Notes under the pieces: model-generated
Database searches by the model: none
Told to the model about the DNA's origin: nothing
Seen by the model: the letters and a program-made list of their open reading frames with translations, nothing else
Assembly: GCA_965216565.1 (NCBI GenBank)
Contig: OZ244170.1
Location: 4,320,001 to 4,384,000, forward strand
From: Bythopirellula sp.
GTDB lineage: Bacteria; Planctomycetota; Planctomycetia; Pirellulales; Lacipirellulaceae
Length of the DNA stretch: 64,000 nt
Reading direction: 5' to 3'
Part shown: positions 51,119 through 60,510 of the stretch, in pieces
How positions within the stretch are numbered: the first letter of the stretch is position 1
How the letters are laid out: the number at the start of each line of letters is the position of its first letter
Position numbers and translations under genes: made by a program

Positions 51119-52873
51119 ATGAACTTTCAAATACTTAGAAAAATACCGATGAAGCCAAACCGCCGCCGCGGCATCGTGGCGGTCCTCACTGGCTTTATGC
51201 TCGTGGCGATCTTTGCCTTTGTCGCTTTGTCGGTTGATACTGGCCGAATTGTGCTGGAAGAAACCCGCATGCAGAACGCGGTAGATGCCGCCGCACTGGC
51301 AGCCGCCCAAGAAATCAACGCCGCAGTGTATGCGGCCGGTCAAGGCCAGGGTTCGGCGAACATTGATGCCAACTCGATTGCCGTAGAGCAAGCTCGCCAG
51401 ATGGCTGAGCAAGTTGCCCTGGCTAATGGGGTCTACATCGATCCGACCGCAGACGTCCGATTTGGTAAGCGTGGCTACGACGAGGCGAGCGGTAGTTGGC
51501 CTATTACTTGGGACGCATCGCCTTACAACGTGGTCCAAGTGATCGCGCGACGCACCAATTCCGATGTCGAGGCAGAAGATGGCCAGTTGGGTCTGGCATT
51601 TGGTTGGGCCGTTGGTCGCGACAAGGTGCCTTTACAAGCTTCGGCTACTGCGTTCATCGAAGCTCGCGACTTGGTCGTTGTGCTTGACTTCTCGGCTTCA
51701 ATGAACGACGACAGTTCGTTGAAATCGGGATTGGGTTTAGCCCAAGCTGAACAACAGCTTGACGCGATGTGGGACGCACTGAAGGCTTCCCAAGTCACCT
51801 GGCCAGGCAAGACTAAGAAAAAGTTTAAGAACAAGTTCGGAAACCTTGATTCCTACGAAGGTACCTACATTAGCAGTTGGGACGAAGACTATGTCTTCAA
51901 CGAGCTGAACCTAGGAGCCAAGAAGCCGAATGGTTCGCTGAAGCATCCGTTCCCTCAGGCAGGCCGTAACAGTGACGGCACACCAAAAAGCATGCCGAAC
52001 GAAGCCACTAGCGAAGCCCTATGGAAGGACTACATCGACTTCGTAATGGATAAGAGTGGTACCTACAACCGTAAGTATGGCCGCCGAACGCTAATGGACT
52101 ATCTGCAAGAGCGTCGTTATGCCCGCAATAGTTCGGAAGATCTTTGGCGTTCGCCTCACTATCCGTTCACTGCAATCAAGGATGGGGCCAGTTTGTTCTT
52201 CGACTTCCTCACCGAACTCGATTTCGGTGACGAAATTGGCCTCGTCGGCTATGGGCAGTGGGCGGAGCAGGAACTTGAGTTCTACGACGGCGATGTCGAT
52301 TTCGACATCTCTGCCGATCCAATTACCGATGATTATGCCACGCTCAACACGATGCAACGCCGGCGACAAGCTGGCGAATACAACGGTTGGACAGCCATGG
52401 GCGACGGCATTCTCAAAGCACGTGAACTGCTTGTTGGTGCCGCTGATGATCCAGATGACGACGGTTACAGCCGCTATGGATCGCGTCCGACAATGCTCAT
52501 CATGACCGACGGTCAGACCAACCAAAAACCTGATGGTTGGAGCATGCCGAGTGGTTTTCAATGGTCCGACTGGACCGACTACGATGGCGATGGCAGTGCC
52601 GACTACTCCACTAGCAATAGCAAAAAGCAATACGCTTTCTGGGAAGCCACTCAGGCGATCGATCGTGGTGTGACTTTGCACACGATGGCGGTAGGCCAGG
52701 GTGCGGATCGCGAGTTGATGGAGGCGATCGCCTTTGCTGGCAACGGTATCTTTATCGACGTCCCTGGTGGTTCGACGGTTGCTGATCTTGAGGAGCAGTT
52801 GCTCGAAGCCTTCCGCAATGTGGCATCCCAGGTGCCGCCTGCGAAGTTGGTCTATGAGTTAACTCAAGAGTGA
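51119..52873 (+). CDS. TadG-like pilus-associated protein with vWA domain
   Basis: RRGIVAVL and DTG..MQNAVDAAALAAA; MIDAS elements LDFSASM, WTAMGDG and MTDG. Confidence 0.88.
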   Translation: MNFQILRKIPMKPNRRRGIVAVLTGFMLVAIFAFVALSVDTGRIVLEETRMQNAVDAAALAAAQEINAAVYAAGQGQGSANIDANSIAVEQARQMAEQVALANGVYIDPTADVRFGKRGYDEASGSWPITWDASPYNVVQVIARRTNSDVEAEDGQLGLAFGWAVGRDKVPLQASATAFIEARDLVVVLDFSASMNDDSSLKSGLGLAQAEQQLDAMWDALKASQVTWPGKTKKKFKNKFGNLDSYEGTYISSWDEDYVFNELNLGAKKPNGSLKHPFPQAGRNSDGTPKSMPNEATSEALWKDYIDFVMDKSGTYNRKYGRRTLMDYLQERRYARNSSEDLWRSPHYPFTAIKDGASLFFDFLTELDFGDEIGLVGYGQWAEQELEFYDGDVDFDISADPITDDYATLNTMQRRRQAGEYNGWTAMGDGILKARELLVGAADDPDDDGYSRYGSRPTMLIMTDGQTNQKPDGWSMPSGFQWSDWTDYDGDGSADYSTSNSKKQYAFWEATQAIDRGVTLHTMAVGQGADRELMEAIAFAGNGIFIDVPGGSTVADLEEQLLEAFRNVASQVPPAKLVYELTQE

Positions 52874-52899
52874 TCCACGTAAGTGGGAACCCTGCCCTC

Positions 52900-52975
52900 T
52901 GGCAGCTGGTGGTGTTTGGCGAGTAGCGTTGGTGTCCTGAGCTACTTTCTGACCCACCGGCTGCCACTGTTTTTT
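52900..52975 (+). terminator. Long imperfect hairpin with T-tract after the tadE/tadE/tadG genes
   Basis: TGGCAGCTGGTGG / CCACCGGCTGCCA with inner AGTAGC/GCTACT, followed by CTGTTTTTT. Confidence 0.5.
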
Positions 52976-53061
52976 GGTGAGTAAGTGAGTAGGTGAGTAA
53001 GTTTCGAGATCGATACTTACTCACCTACTCACCTACTCACTTACTCACCTACTAACCTACT
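52976..53061. repeat. Inverted array of 8-bp tandem repeats (GTGAGTAR x3 facing YTACTCAC x5-6)
   Basis: GGTGAGTAAGTGAGTAGGTGAGTAAGT-N12-ACTTACTCACCTACTCACCTACTCACTTACTCACCTACTAACCTACT. Confidence 0.85.
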
Positions 53062-53068
53062 CTAGCCT

Positions 53069-53482
53069 CTATTCGTCGTAGGCGTATGAGTTGTATCTCC
53101 GCCGGCGTCTCCGGCCTCCGCCACGACTACGTCGATGCTGACGCGTGACGTATTCCCCTTCTACAAAGTAGTAACCGCCGAGCAGTTTGTAGAAGAAAAG
53201 GATCAGCAGCGAGCCCAGCGTGGCCACCAGCATCCCCAGGGGACTGATCGGAATAATTCGCTGGCCCTCATTGAAGTAACTCACGACACCGCAGCCAAGG
53301 ACCGAGCCGCCGACGCCCATGATGACCGTGGCAATGGCCCCGCCCGGGTCGCGCCCTGGCATGATTCCCTTGGCCAGCAGGCCCACCACCGTGCCAAAAC
53401 CGATCCACACCAGCACATCGTTGGCGAGTTGCTGAAACGTGTCGTTCATCACGACACCCTGTGCAGGATCGAGGCCTTCCAT
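53069..53482 (-). CDS. GlsB/YeaQ/YmgE (transglycosylase-associated) family membrane protein
   Basis: WIGFGTVVGLLAKGIMPGRDPGG..GVGGSVLG motif and an Arg-rich tail. Confidence 0.8.
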   Translation of the reverse strand: MEGLDPAQGVVMNDTFQQLANDVLVWIGFGTVVGLLAKGIMPGRDPGGAIATVIMGVGGSVLGCGVVSYFNEGQRIIPISPLGMLVATLGSLLILFFYKLLGGYYFVEGEYVTRQHRRSRGGGRRRRRRYNSYAYDE

Positions 53483-53661
53483 GGCAGTTTCTCTGATAGA
53501 AGTGAGTTGTTCACAGGCGATACATCGCATCGCGGCTAGTCTAGAACTAAACCACGCTGACGCACCTCCTAGCCGCGATCTGATAGATCGCCGGGTGCGG
53601 ACTGTACCGAATTCTCACCGTCGCGAGCAAGATAGAATCCGCCAGCACTGCTAGCTAGATC

Positions 53662-54678
53662 CTACAGGGGTGTCAGCAGAAGATCGCTGTCCATGCCATC
53701 TTTAGTTTCCACACCGCCATTGTCGACTTCGTTTTCTCCTACACTGTACAGAAGGTAGCCACCCTCCTGTTGGCGATACAATAGTGGATCATCAGAATAC
53801 AGATCCCTCGGCAATTCGGAGAGATAGTTGGGTACCAATTCCTCCAAATCTTCCGGAAAGCGACCGTGATCGATCTTAAAACACCGCAGTGCGAAATGCG
53901 TAATCAGCAGATCCTTGTAAACGGTATATCGCTTTTCGATAGAAGGTAACTCCGTCCGCATGGATTGTTGCTGAGATTTCGCCACCTTACCGATCATGAA
54001 CCACTCGACCGGTCCATGCATTTGTTCGAAAAAGGCCAGCTCTCGTTTAAGTAAGCTGTTGGGATCTTCGAACTCAAACGGTTCGCCTTCAAAATGGTCG
54101 ATCAACTCGTTGGATTGACTTTTAGACATCGAGTTGACAATGGTCCTGAGCGCCGCCATGCCTCGATATACATTGGAGTATCCGATCATCCAATCGACTA
54201 CAAGCCCTCCTTTGGCGACTGCCATCCCACTTTGAATACTATCGAGTCCGCACTGTATTGCAGGGTCGACATTGCCCTGCTGGGATTCATAAAGTGCTTC
54301 AGCCGTAAAGGCGCGAGACAGGTTACGGTTCTTCGCGTTACGGGCAGAATGGACAGTGTCGAGCCACGTTCTATCTCCACCCCACACAAGGGTCACCGCA
54401 CACTCCTCGCGCAGTCCCATACGGGCCAATCGCAAAGCCGGTCTGTTGTGCTCGACGACTTCCGCTAACTCCTCGGCTTCCATTTCGTCGTAGAACCCCG
54501 TCCGAGGGTGAAGCATGTCCGTGGCGACTAGCAGTTTTTCGTAGCCATTCGGATCAGGCAACTCAGGCGGGACAAACGTTGATTGCGAACGCCACATCAA
54601 GAGCAGGCCTGACGCAACAAACCCTAGCAATAGCACACCAGCAATCGACCACGTCAGGGAACGCTTCCACTTTGTCAT
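53662..54678 (-). CDS. Membrane-anchored hypothetical protein
   Basis: N-terminal TM helix; C-terminal GRFPEDLEELVPNYL..LPRD...YLLYSVGENEVDNGG resembles a GspG-type tail. Confidence 0.75.
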   Translation of the reverse strand: MTKWKRSLTWSIAGVLLLGFVASGLLLMWRSQSTFVPPELPDPNGYEKLLVATDMLHPRTGFYDEMEAEELAEVVEHNRPALRLARMGLREECAVTLVWGGDRTWLDTVHSARNAKNRNLSRAFTAEALYESQQGNVDPAIQCGLDSIQSGMAVAKGGLVVDWMIGYSNVYRGMAALRTIVNSMSKSQSNELIDHFEGEPFEFEDPNSLLKRELAFFEQMHGPVEWFMIGKVAKSQQQSMRTELPSIEKRYTVYKDLLITHFALRCFKIDHGRFPEDLEELVPNYLSELPRDLYSDDPLLYRQQEGGYLLYSVGENEVDNGGVETKDGMDSDLLLTPL

Positions 54679-54846
54679 TATTCAATCCCAAGAGTTCTCA
54701 GTTCGTTAGCAGTACGAGTCATTCGCACACAGAGACACTTTCTTGCCGATTTCTACTGAACTTGCTTCAATAGGACGCCGATCGTTATACTAAACGCCCG
54801 TATACTAACGAGGAGCCTCCAATATTTACAGGCAGACGGAGCGAGC

Positions 54847-57264
54847 ATGGATGTATCAAGCTTATTGGAACGAATCAAGTCGCGCGGCGATTACGCCGGT
54901 CAACTTGAGCATGTCGAGATCTTGCCGGAACGTCCAGGGCAGTATGCCGAGCCGGAGCAGCCGCTTCCCAAGTTGCTGGAAGGATTGCTCGCGCGGCTTG
55001 GTGCAGACAAGCTGTACTCGCATCAAGTAGCTGCCTTAGAAGCGGCCCGGCGACAGCAAGATTGGGTTGCTGTCACCGGTACGGCTAGCGGCAAGACGCT
55101 GTGCTACAACTTGCCGATTCTCGAATCGGCATTGGCTGATCGTTCAACGCGTGCGCTTTATCTCTACCCCACCAAGGCCCTCGCCCAAGATCAGCTCAAG
55201 GGTTTGCTGGAACTCTTGGAAGGCGATGCCGAGCTCGCGGAGCAAATCACCCCCGGCGTCTACGATGGCGATACGCCCACGGCCCAGCGACGGCGCATCC
55301 GCACCGAAGCCAACTTGGTTCTCTCCAATCCCGACATGCTGCACGCGGCCATCCTGCCCTACCATCCTAAGTGGGCCCAGTTTTTTGCGGAGCTTAAGTA
55401 CGTGGTCATCGACGAAGTCCACACCTACCGAGGCATCCTGGGGGCCCATGTGTCAGCCGTGCTTCGTCGCCTGCTACGCGTTTGCGAGCACTACGGCAGT
55501 CGCCCCGTTTTCTTATCCACCAGTGCCACCATTGCGAACCCCGGAGAGCTGGTTAGCAAATTAATTGGTCGCGAGGTGCAGGTGATCGACAACGACGGCT
55601 CGCCCCGTGGTCGCAAGTACTTCGCCTTGTGGAATCCTACGCCGCTGGGCGTCGATGCCCTGGCACGCAACAGCCCCAACGACGATGCGGTAACGTGGAT
55701 GCTGGAAGCGCTGGAGGCAGAGGGCCAAGTATTGGCGTTCACCCGCACCCGTCAGGCAGCCGAGCTTATTCAGCGTTATACCCGTCAGGCGCTAGACGAC
55801 AAGCATTCGCCCTTGGCTACTAAGGTACGAGCTTATCGAGGAGGTTACCTGCCCAACGAGCGACGCGAGATCGAGCAGGACTTGTTCGCAGGTAAACTTC
55901 GCGCCGTGGCCGCCACCAATGCCTTGGAACTAGGCATCGACATTGGTTCACTCGATGTGGCCCTGCTGGTGAATTACCCCGGCACAATCGCCAGTTGTTG
56001 GCAACAGGCTGGTCGCAGTGGCCGCCGTAGCGACGAGAGCCTTGCCGTGCTCCTGGCCGGCAACGACCCAGTCGATCAATATCTGCTCCGCCACCCGGAC
56101 TATTTCTTTGCCCAATCGCCGGAGAACGCGGTAGTCGATCCCAACAATCCCTACGTGTTGGCCAAGCATATAAAGGCCGCTGCCTTCGAACTACCGCTAA
56201 ACGACTCCGACCTGCAGCAATTCGGCGCAATTGCCGAGCCGATTGCCCAAGCCCTTTGCGATGAGCAGCAGCTCGCCAAAGTCGAGGACCAGTTCTACCA
56301 TCCCGGCGGTCAAAACCCGACGGTCGGCGTTAGCCTGCGGCACATGAGCGACAATACCTTCAGCATCGTTGAGAAAAAAGGTGGAGGCGGAAAGATCTCT
56401 GTAGGCGACTCGCAGTGGCGAGTAGCAGGTGGATTCAGGGAGAATATCGATCTGTTCACCGTGATTGCGAATGTCGATGCCATCAGCGCGCCCGAGTTGG
56501 TTTATCCCGAGGCCATTTATTTGCACTATGGCGAAACCTACCTGGTCCGCGAACTCGATCTCAACGGCAAGGTGGCTTACGTCGAGCGTCGCGAGACAGA
56601 CTACTACACGCAGGCCGTGCTCGAAAGCAACGTCTTAATCACTAAAGAACGAGCCAATAGCGACGCCGTGCCGCAAGCCGCGCTCGGCTACGGCGAAGTT
56701 GATGTTTCCTGGCAGACTGTCGCCTTCAAGAAAATCAAGTTTGCCACGCGCGAGAACATCGGCTTGGGACCGGTCGACATTCCCGCTCAGCAATTGCCAA
56801 CCACCGCCCTGTGGCTCTCGCCGGACGACCACATACGCACGGCGATGAAGACCCAAGGTCTTCGCGCCAGCGAGGGTGTCGTAGGGCTGCGGAATTTGGC
56901 GGTGGTTGCGTTGCCGTTGGTTTCGATGTGCGATAGCCGCGATCTGGGCGGTGTGGTCGATAGCAAAAACTTGGGACGCTCGACTATGATTGTTTACGAC
57001 CGCTACCCTGGGGGCCTTGGGTATAGCGAAAAGGGATTTCACTCGATCGGCCGATTGCTGGAGATTTGCCACGAACTGGTCGAAAGCTGCCCTTGCGAAG
57101 AAGGTTGCCCCAGTTGTGTGGGACTGCCGAATTTGCGGCCCGCTATCCATAGCGATCCTGATCTCACCCGCGGCCATCCCATGCCGAATAAGAAAGCGAC
57201 CTTGCATCTGCTCGCCCTTCTACGGCAAACTGCGGCCTGTGAGGAAACCCTTTCGACAGTATAA
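54847..57264 (+). CDS. mrfA: DEAH-box helicase with DUF1998 Zn-binding domain (MrfA/YprA/SftH/Hrq1 family)
   Basis: LYSHQ, TGTASGKT, YPTKALAQDQ, DEVH, SAT, ALELGIDIG, QQAGRSGR, YDRYPGGLG and C..CPCEEGCPSC motifs. Confidence 0.88.
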   Translation: MDVSSLLERIKSRGDYAGQLEHVEILPERPGQYAEPEQPLPKLLEGLLARLGADKLYSHQVAALEAARRQQDWVAVTGTASGKTLCYNLPILESALADRSTRALYLYPTKALAQDQLKGLLELLEGDAELAEQITPGVYDGDTPTAQRRRIRTEANLVLSNPDMLHAAILPYHPKWAQFFAELKYVVIDEVHTYRGILGAHVSAVLRRLLRVCEHYGSRPVFLSTSATIANPGELVSKLIGREVQVIDNDGSPRGRKYFALWNPTPLGVDALARNSPNDDAVTWMLEALEAEGQVLAFTRTRQAAELIQRYTRQALDDKHSPLATKVRAYRGGYLPNERREIEQDLFAGKLRAVAATNALELGIDIGSLDVALLVNYPGTIASCWQQAGRSGRRSDESLAVLLAGNDPVDQYLLRHPDYFFAQSPENAVVDPNNPYVLAKHIKAAAFELPLNDSDLQQFGAIAEPIAQALCDEQQLAKVEDQFYHPGGQNPTVGVSLRHMSDNTFSIVEKKGGGGKISVGDSQWRVAGGFRENIDLFTVIANVDAISAPELVYPEAIYLHYGETYLVRELDLNGKVAYVERRETDYYTQAVLESNVLITKERANSDAVPQAALGYGEVDVSWQTVAFKKIKFATRENIGLGPVDIPAQQLPTTALWLSPDDHIRTAMKTQGLRASEGVVGLRNLAVVALPLVSMCDSRDLGGVVDSKNLGRSTMIVYDRYPGGLGYSEKGFHSIGRLLEICHELVESCPCEEGCPSCVGLPNLRPAIHSDPDLTRGHPMPNKKATLHLLALLRQTAACEETLSTV

Positions 57265-57306
57265 AGATCGATTCGCCTCCGACACCGCCGGAGGATTCAC
57301 CCGACT

Positions 57307-57846
57307 ATGTTCAACCCCGAACAAGAAGAACTCATTTCGCAAACCGTTCGCACTTCGCAAATCATCGCGTTTGCGTTGATCTCCGGTGTGCTCATTTTTG
57401 CTTTTGTGATTGTCTTAACGGGTTTGGCAAACGACGAGCCGCCCGAAACCCCCCTGGTGTCGATCGTTGGCTTTGTGTTCGCGGCAGTTTCCGTACTCGT
57501 CGCTCCGATCGTTTCCAAGGCGATTGCTGCGATGATGCGAAGAACAGCCCTCTCGGGCAAACAGACCCGTAGCCGACAGTTTCAAGAACAACAAAAAAAG
57601 TTTGGCAGCTTTGGCTTAATCGTGGGGAGCTATCTAACGAAACAGATCGTCCGGCGAGCGCTCCTCGAAGGGGCCGCCTTCATGAACCTGATTGCTTATA
57701 TCATAGACGCTCAGTCCCTGAATTTGGCGTTAGCCATTTTCCTGGCTCTGGCGATGCTTTTCGACTTTCCGTCGCGAGATCGGCTGGAGCGATACGTTCG
57801 CGAGCAAATGAATGTGATCGAGCAACTCAAAACGCTCCGAGGATAG
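57307..57846 (+). CDS. Four-TM membrane protein, function unknown
   Basis: Four hydrophobic segments and an ALLEGAAF motif. Sits between the helicase and the exonuclease. Confidence 0.75.
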   Translation: MFNPEQEELISQTVRTSQIIAFALISGVLIFAFVIVLTGLANDEPPETPLVSIVGFVFAAVSVLVAPIVSKAIAAMMRRTALSGKQTRSRQFQEQQKKFGSFGLIVGSYLTKQIVRRALLEGAAFMNLIAYIIDAQSLNLALAIFLALAMLFDFPSRDRLERYVREQMNVIEQLKTLRG

Positions 57847-57851
57847 CGGCC

Positions 57852-58700
57852 ATGCTCGATGAAGGACTCCGCCGTCGCCTCGAGTCGCTCAATCGCGGCA
57901 CGCTGCCTCCGTCGAAGACGAAGGCCCCGCCCCAGCCATCCCCACTTCGGCCCAGGTCGGTGAAGCAAATCGCTGGGCTGATCTCCCGTGGCGAGGTAAT
58001 CGAGACGCGCTCTGGCGAACATCTCCGCATCGTGCTTCCTGTCGAAGAACTATGGCCCGGTGGCGAAGAACTCGTGGCCCGCCGACATGGGCATCTCGCG
58101 TCTCTGGAGCACGACGCCGATCAAGAGGTGCCACCCCATCAATTTGAACTACGCGCGTTTGTTTCCGCGTTTCCCGAGGCAACATTGCTTATGGATTTGG
58201 AAACCTGTGGGCTTTCTGGGAGTAGCCTGTTTTTGGTGGGGCTGTTGCGTGCAATCGAAGGGCAGCTTTCTGTGGAGTTGCTGCTCGCCCGCACCTATGC
58301 CGAAGAGCAAGCAGTGCTAACGAGCTTTTGGCAATTGGCCGAGCAGCATCGTGTGCTGATGACCTTCAACGGCAAGAGCTTCGATTGGCCAATGGTAGTG
58401 GACCGTGGGAATCGCTATCGCATGTTTACCAGCAATCAACCACCACAAATGTTACACGTCGATCTACTGCACCACAGTCGGCGACGTTGGAGCAAGCAGC
58501 TCCCCGACTGCAAGTTGCAAACCTTGGAACGTCACATCTGTGGCCGCGGTCGAACAGACGACATACCCGGCAGCCAGATCCCAGCGGCCTATCAACGGTT
58601 TGTGACCACAAGAGTCCAGCACGAGATGGACGCAATTCTGATGCACAATGCCATCGACCTGGTAACACTTCTGGACTTGGCCATGCGGCTTACCGCATAG
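57852..58700 (+). CDS. RNase_H_2/YprB (MrfB-like) DEDD exonuclease
   Basis: DLETCGL, TFNGKSFD, HVDLL, LQTLE, DIPG and HNAIDL motifs. Confidence 0.85.
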   Translation: MLDEGLRRRLESLNRGTLPPSKTKAPPQPSPLRPRSVKQIAGLISRGEVIETRSGEHLRIVLPVEELWPGGEELVARRHGHLASLEHDADQEVPPHQFELRAFVSAFPEATLLMDLETCGLSGSSLFLVGLLRAIEGQLSVELLLARTYAEEQAVLTSFWQLAEQHRVLMTFNGKSFDWPMVVDRGNRYRMFTSNQPPQMLHVDLLHHSRRRWSKQLPDCKLQTLERHICGRGRTDDIPGSQIPAAYQRFVTTRVQHEMDAILMHNAIDLVTLLDLAMRLTA

Positions 58701-58852
58701 AAATATGACAGCCCCTTCGGCTAGCACGGCCATCTAGTAGGGGGGGGCGATTTAAAAAAAGTCACCACGCAATATCCAAAGCTAGACTTGAATTTGGTGG
58801 CTGAGTCCGATAAACTTAGCCAAGGCTACATTCTGTTCAGTGGGGATTTTGT

Positions 58853-59278
58853 ATGGCGACTGATTCCGCCAAGTCGGAAAAATTCAATCTACTTTCCAAA
58901 GCCGTGGCGCTGCTGGGCGCGGCCTTGTTCGGCCTGGGGATGCTGTGGCCCATGTTCGAGAGCAGCGCGAACCATTGGACCCCGGAGCAAGTGGAAGAGT
59001 ATTCCTCGGCCTCGCGGGCACTGCATCGTTCGGCCAGTGGCGACCACAACGACCATGCTCACGCCGGGCACGACCGCAAGGGCCATCACCATGCGTCAGG
59101 CGCTGCGACCGACCTCGAAGATCTCAAACAAGCCCGAGCGCGTTTTGAAGAGATCAACCAGCAGCTTGATTTGGCGAAAGAAGCCCCTCAGTTGATGGCG
59201 GGCAGAATGAAAACTATCGGCGGAGTGCTTCTCGTGGTTGGTGCCGCCGCGATCGCGATCTGTCGCAGGAAACCCTAG
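58853..59278 (+). CDS. Two-TM protein with His-rich loop
   Basis: TM helices at both ends enclose DHNDHAHAGHDRKGHHHA and a coiled coil. Confidence 0.65.
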   Translation: MATDSAKSEKFNLLSKAVALLGAALFGLGMLWPMFESSANHWTPEQVEEYSSASRALHRSASGDHNDHAHAGHDRKGHHHASGAATDLEDLKQARARFEEINQQLDLAKEAPQLMAGRMKTIGGVLLVVGAAAIAICRRKP

Positions 59279-59343
59279 CCGCCCTAAGGCCCAATCAGAA
59301 CTCACCCGATAGAGCTCGTAAAAAACGGAGTTCAGGAATCCCG

Positions 59344-60342
59344 ATGACACAATATCAAGTATCCCGCATGAGCAACCACACAAGATATGCCGGCTTCACT
59401 TTGGTCGAACTCCTGGTAGTGATCGCCATCCTCGGCGTGCTTATCTCGCTCCTACTTCCCGCCGTTCAATCAGCCCGAGAGTCGTCGCGGCGAACGAGTT
59501 GCCTGAACAACCTCAAGCAACTCGGTTTGGCGGTCCAGAATTACGAAGGCGTCCACGGGCGTTTGCCGCGATCGGGCACCGACGAGGAGCCCTATGCCGA
59601 ATTGCGACATCTGGAAGCGGGCAAGAAATTGAGCTGGGTGGTTCTGCTCCTGCCCTACTTTGAACAGAAGAACCTGTTCGACCAATTTGATTTGGACGAC
59701 AACATTCTTGTCCAGCCTCCGGAGCCACTACTGCAATCCATCTCGTCAATGTTATGCCCTAGCGACGAAGCAATCGAGAGCACCTATGTTTCCAGCCAAT
59801 GCCAAACGTGTGCTGGTCGAACTTTTGCCAAGGGCAACTATGCGGCATTTGTGAGTCCTTTTCATTTAGATTCGGAGCGCTATAGCGGCGCGATCTCTGA
59901 GGATGGCCGCCGCTTGGCTGAAGCGACCGATGGACAATCGAACTCACTATTGATTGGCGAAGTACGTGCCAGAAATCATGGGCACGACCCGCGCGGTGCC
60001 TGGGCCCTGCCCTGGCCCGGTAGCACATTGCTAGCCATTGATTTTCACGATACAGGAGCGGGTGATGCCAGCGATTTTGCTCAAACCCCAAACAGCAATT
60101 TCCCCGATGTGCTTTTTGAATGTGTCGATAGCGGAGAGGCACAACTCTCTGGCATGCCTTGTTTGCAATGGGACAGCGGCGACGACTTCATAGCCGGTGC
60201 GCCCCGCAGTCAACATCCCTACGGCGTGAATGTGGTGTTCCTCGACGGGCATGTCGACTTCCTGCCAAACGACATCGACCCCCGCAGCATGGCCCTGATG
60301 GTGAGTGTTGACGATGGACAGATCAACACCACCACGAACTAA
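59344..60342 (+). CDS. DUF1559 prepilin-type N-terminal cleavage/methylation domain protein
   Basis: GFTLVELLVVIAI..LLLPAVQSARE..C.NNLKQ, CPSD, TDGQSN and the H-X9-DG motif (HPYGVNVVFLDG). Confidence 0.93.
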   Translation: MTQYQVSRMSNHTRYAGFTLVELLVVIAILGVLISLLLPAVQSARESSRRTSCLNNLKQLGLAVQNYEGVHGRLPRSGTDEEPYAELRHLEAGKKLSWVVLLLPYFEQKNLFDQFDLDDNILVQPPEPLLQSISSMLCPSDEAIESTYVSSQCQTCAGRTFAKGNYAAFVSPFHLDSERYSGAISEDGRRLAEATDGQSNSLLIGEVRARNHGHDPRGAWALPWPGSTLLAIDFHDTGAGDASDFAQTPNSNFPDVLFECVDSGEAQLSGMPCLQWDSGDDFIAGAPRSQHPYGVNVVFLDGHVDFLPNDIDPRSMALMVSVDDGQINTTTN

Positions 60343-60510
60343 TTCCTTATGGCGCCACGGGATCGGGCTGTCTGAGGCAATGGCATAGCTTGGCTCTATT
60401 CGCTTCCAGAGTGTCGCCATATAGATTAAGATAAGCGAACTGGCGCGGAGCTATTGCGTCGGTCGCTTCGATATCTTCTCAGAGCATCTTTTTTCTGCGG
60501 AACTTTTGCC

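Noticed and set aside
52976..53061. Possible CRISPR array
   Set aside because: These are contiguous 8-bp units with no unique spacers, and there are no cas genes in the window.
54847..58700. DISARM/Druantia-type defence system based on the DUF1998 helicase
   Set aside because: No methyltransferase, SNF2 helicase or PLD nuclease is nearby, and the YprB-like partner fits the MrfAB repair type.
17874..58813. Recurring sigma28-like CCGAT elements upstream of several genes (near 17880, 28910, 46980, 58808)
   Set aside because: Spacing and -35 elements are inconsistent, and the 5-mer is common in GC-rich DNA. It is not supportable without a genome-wide motif test.
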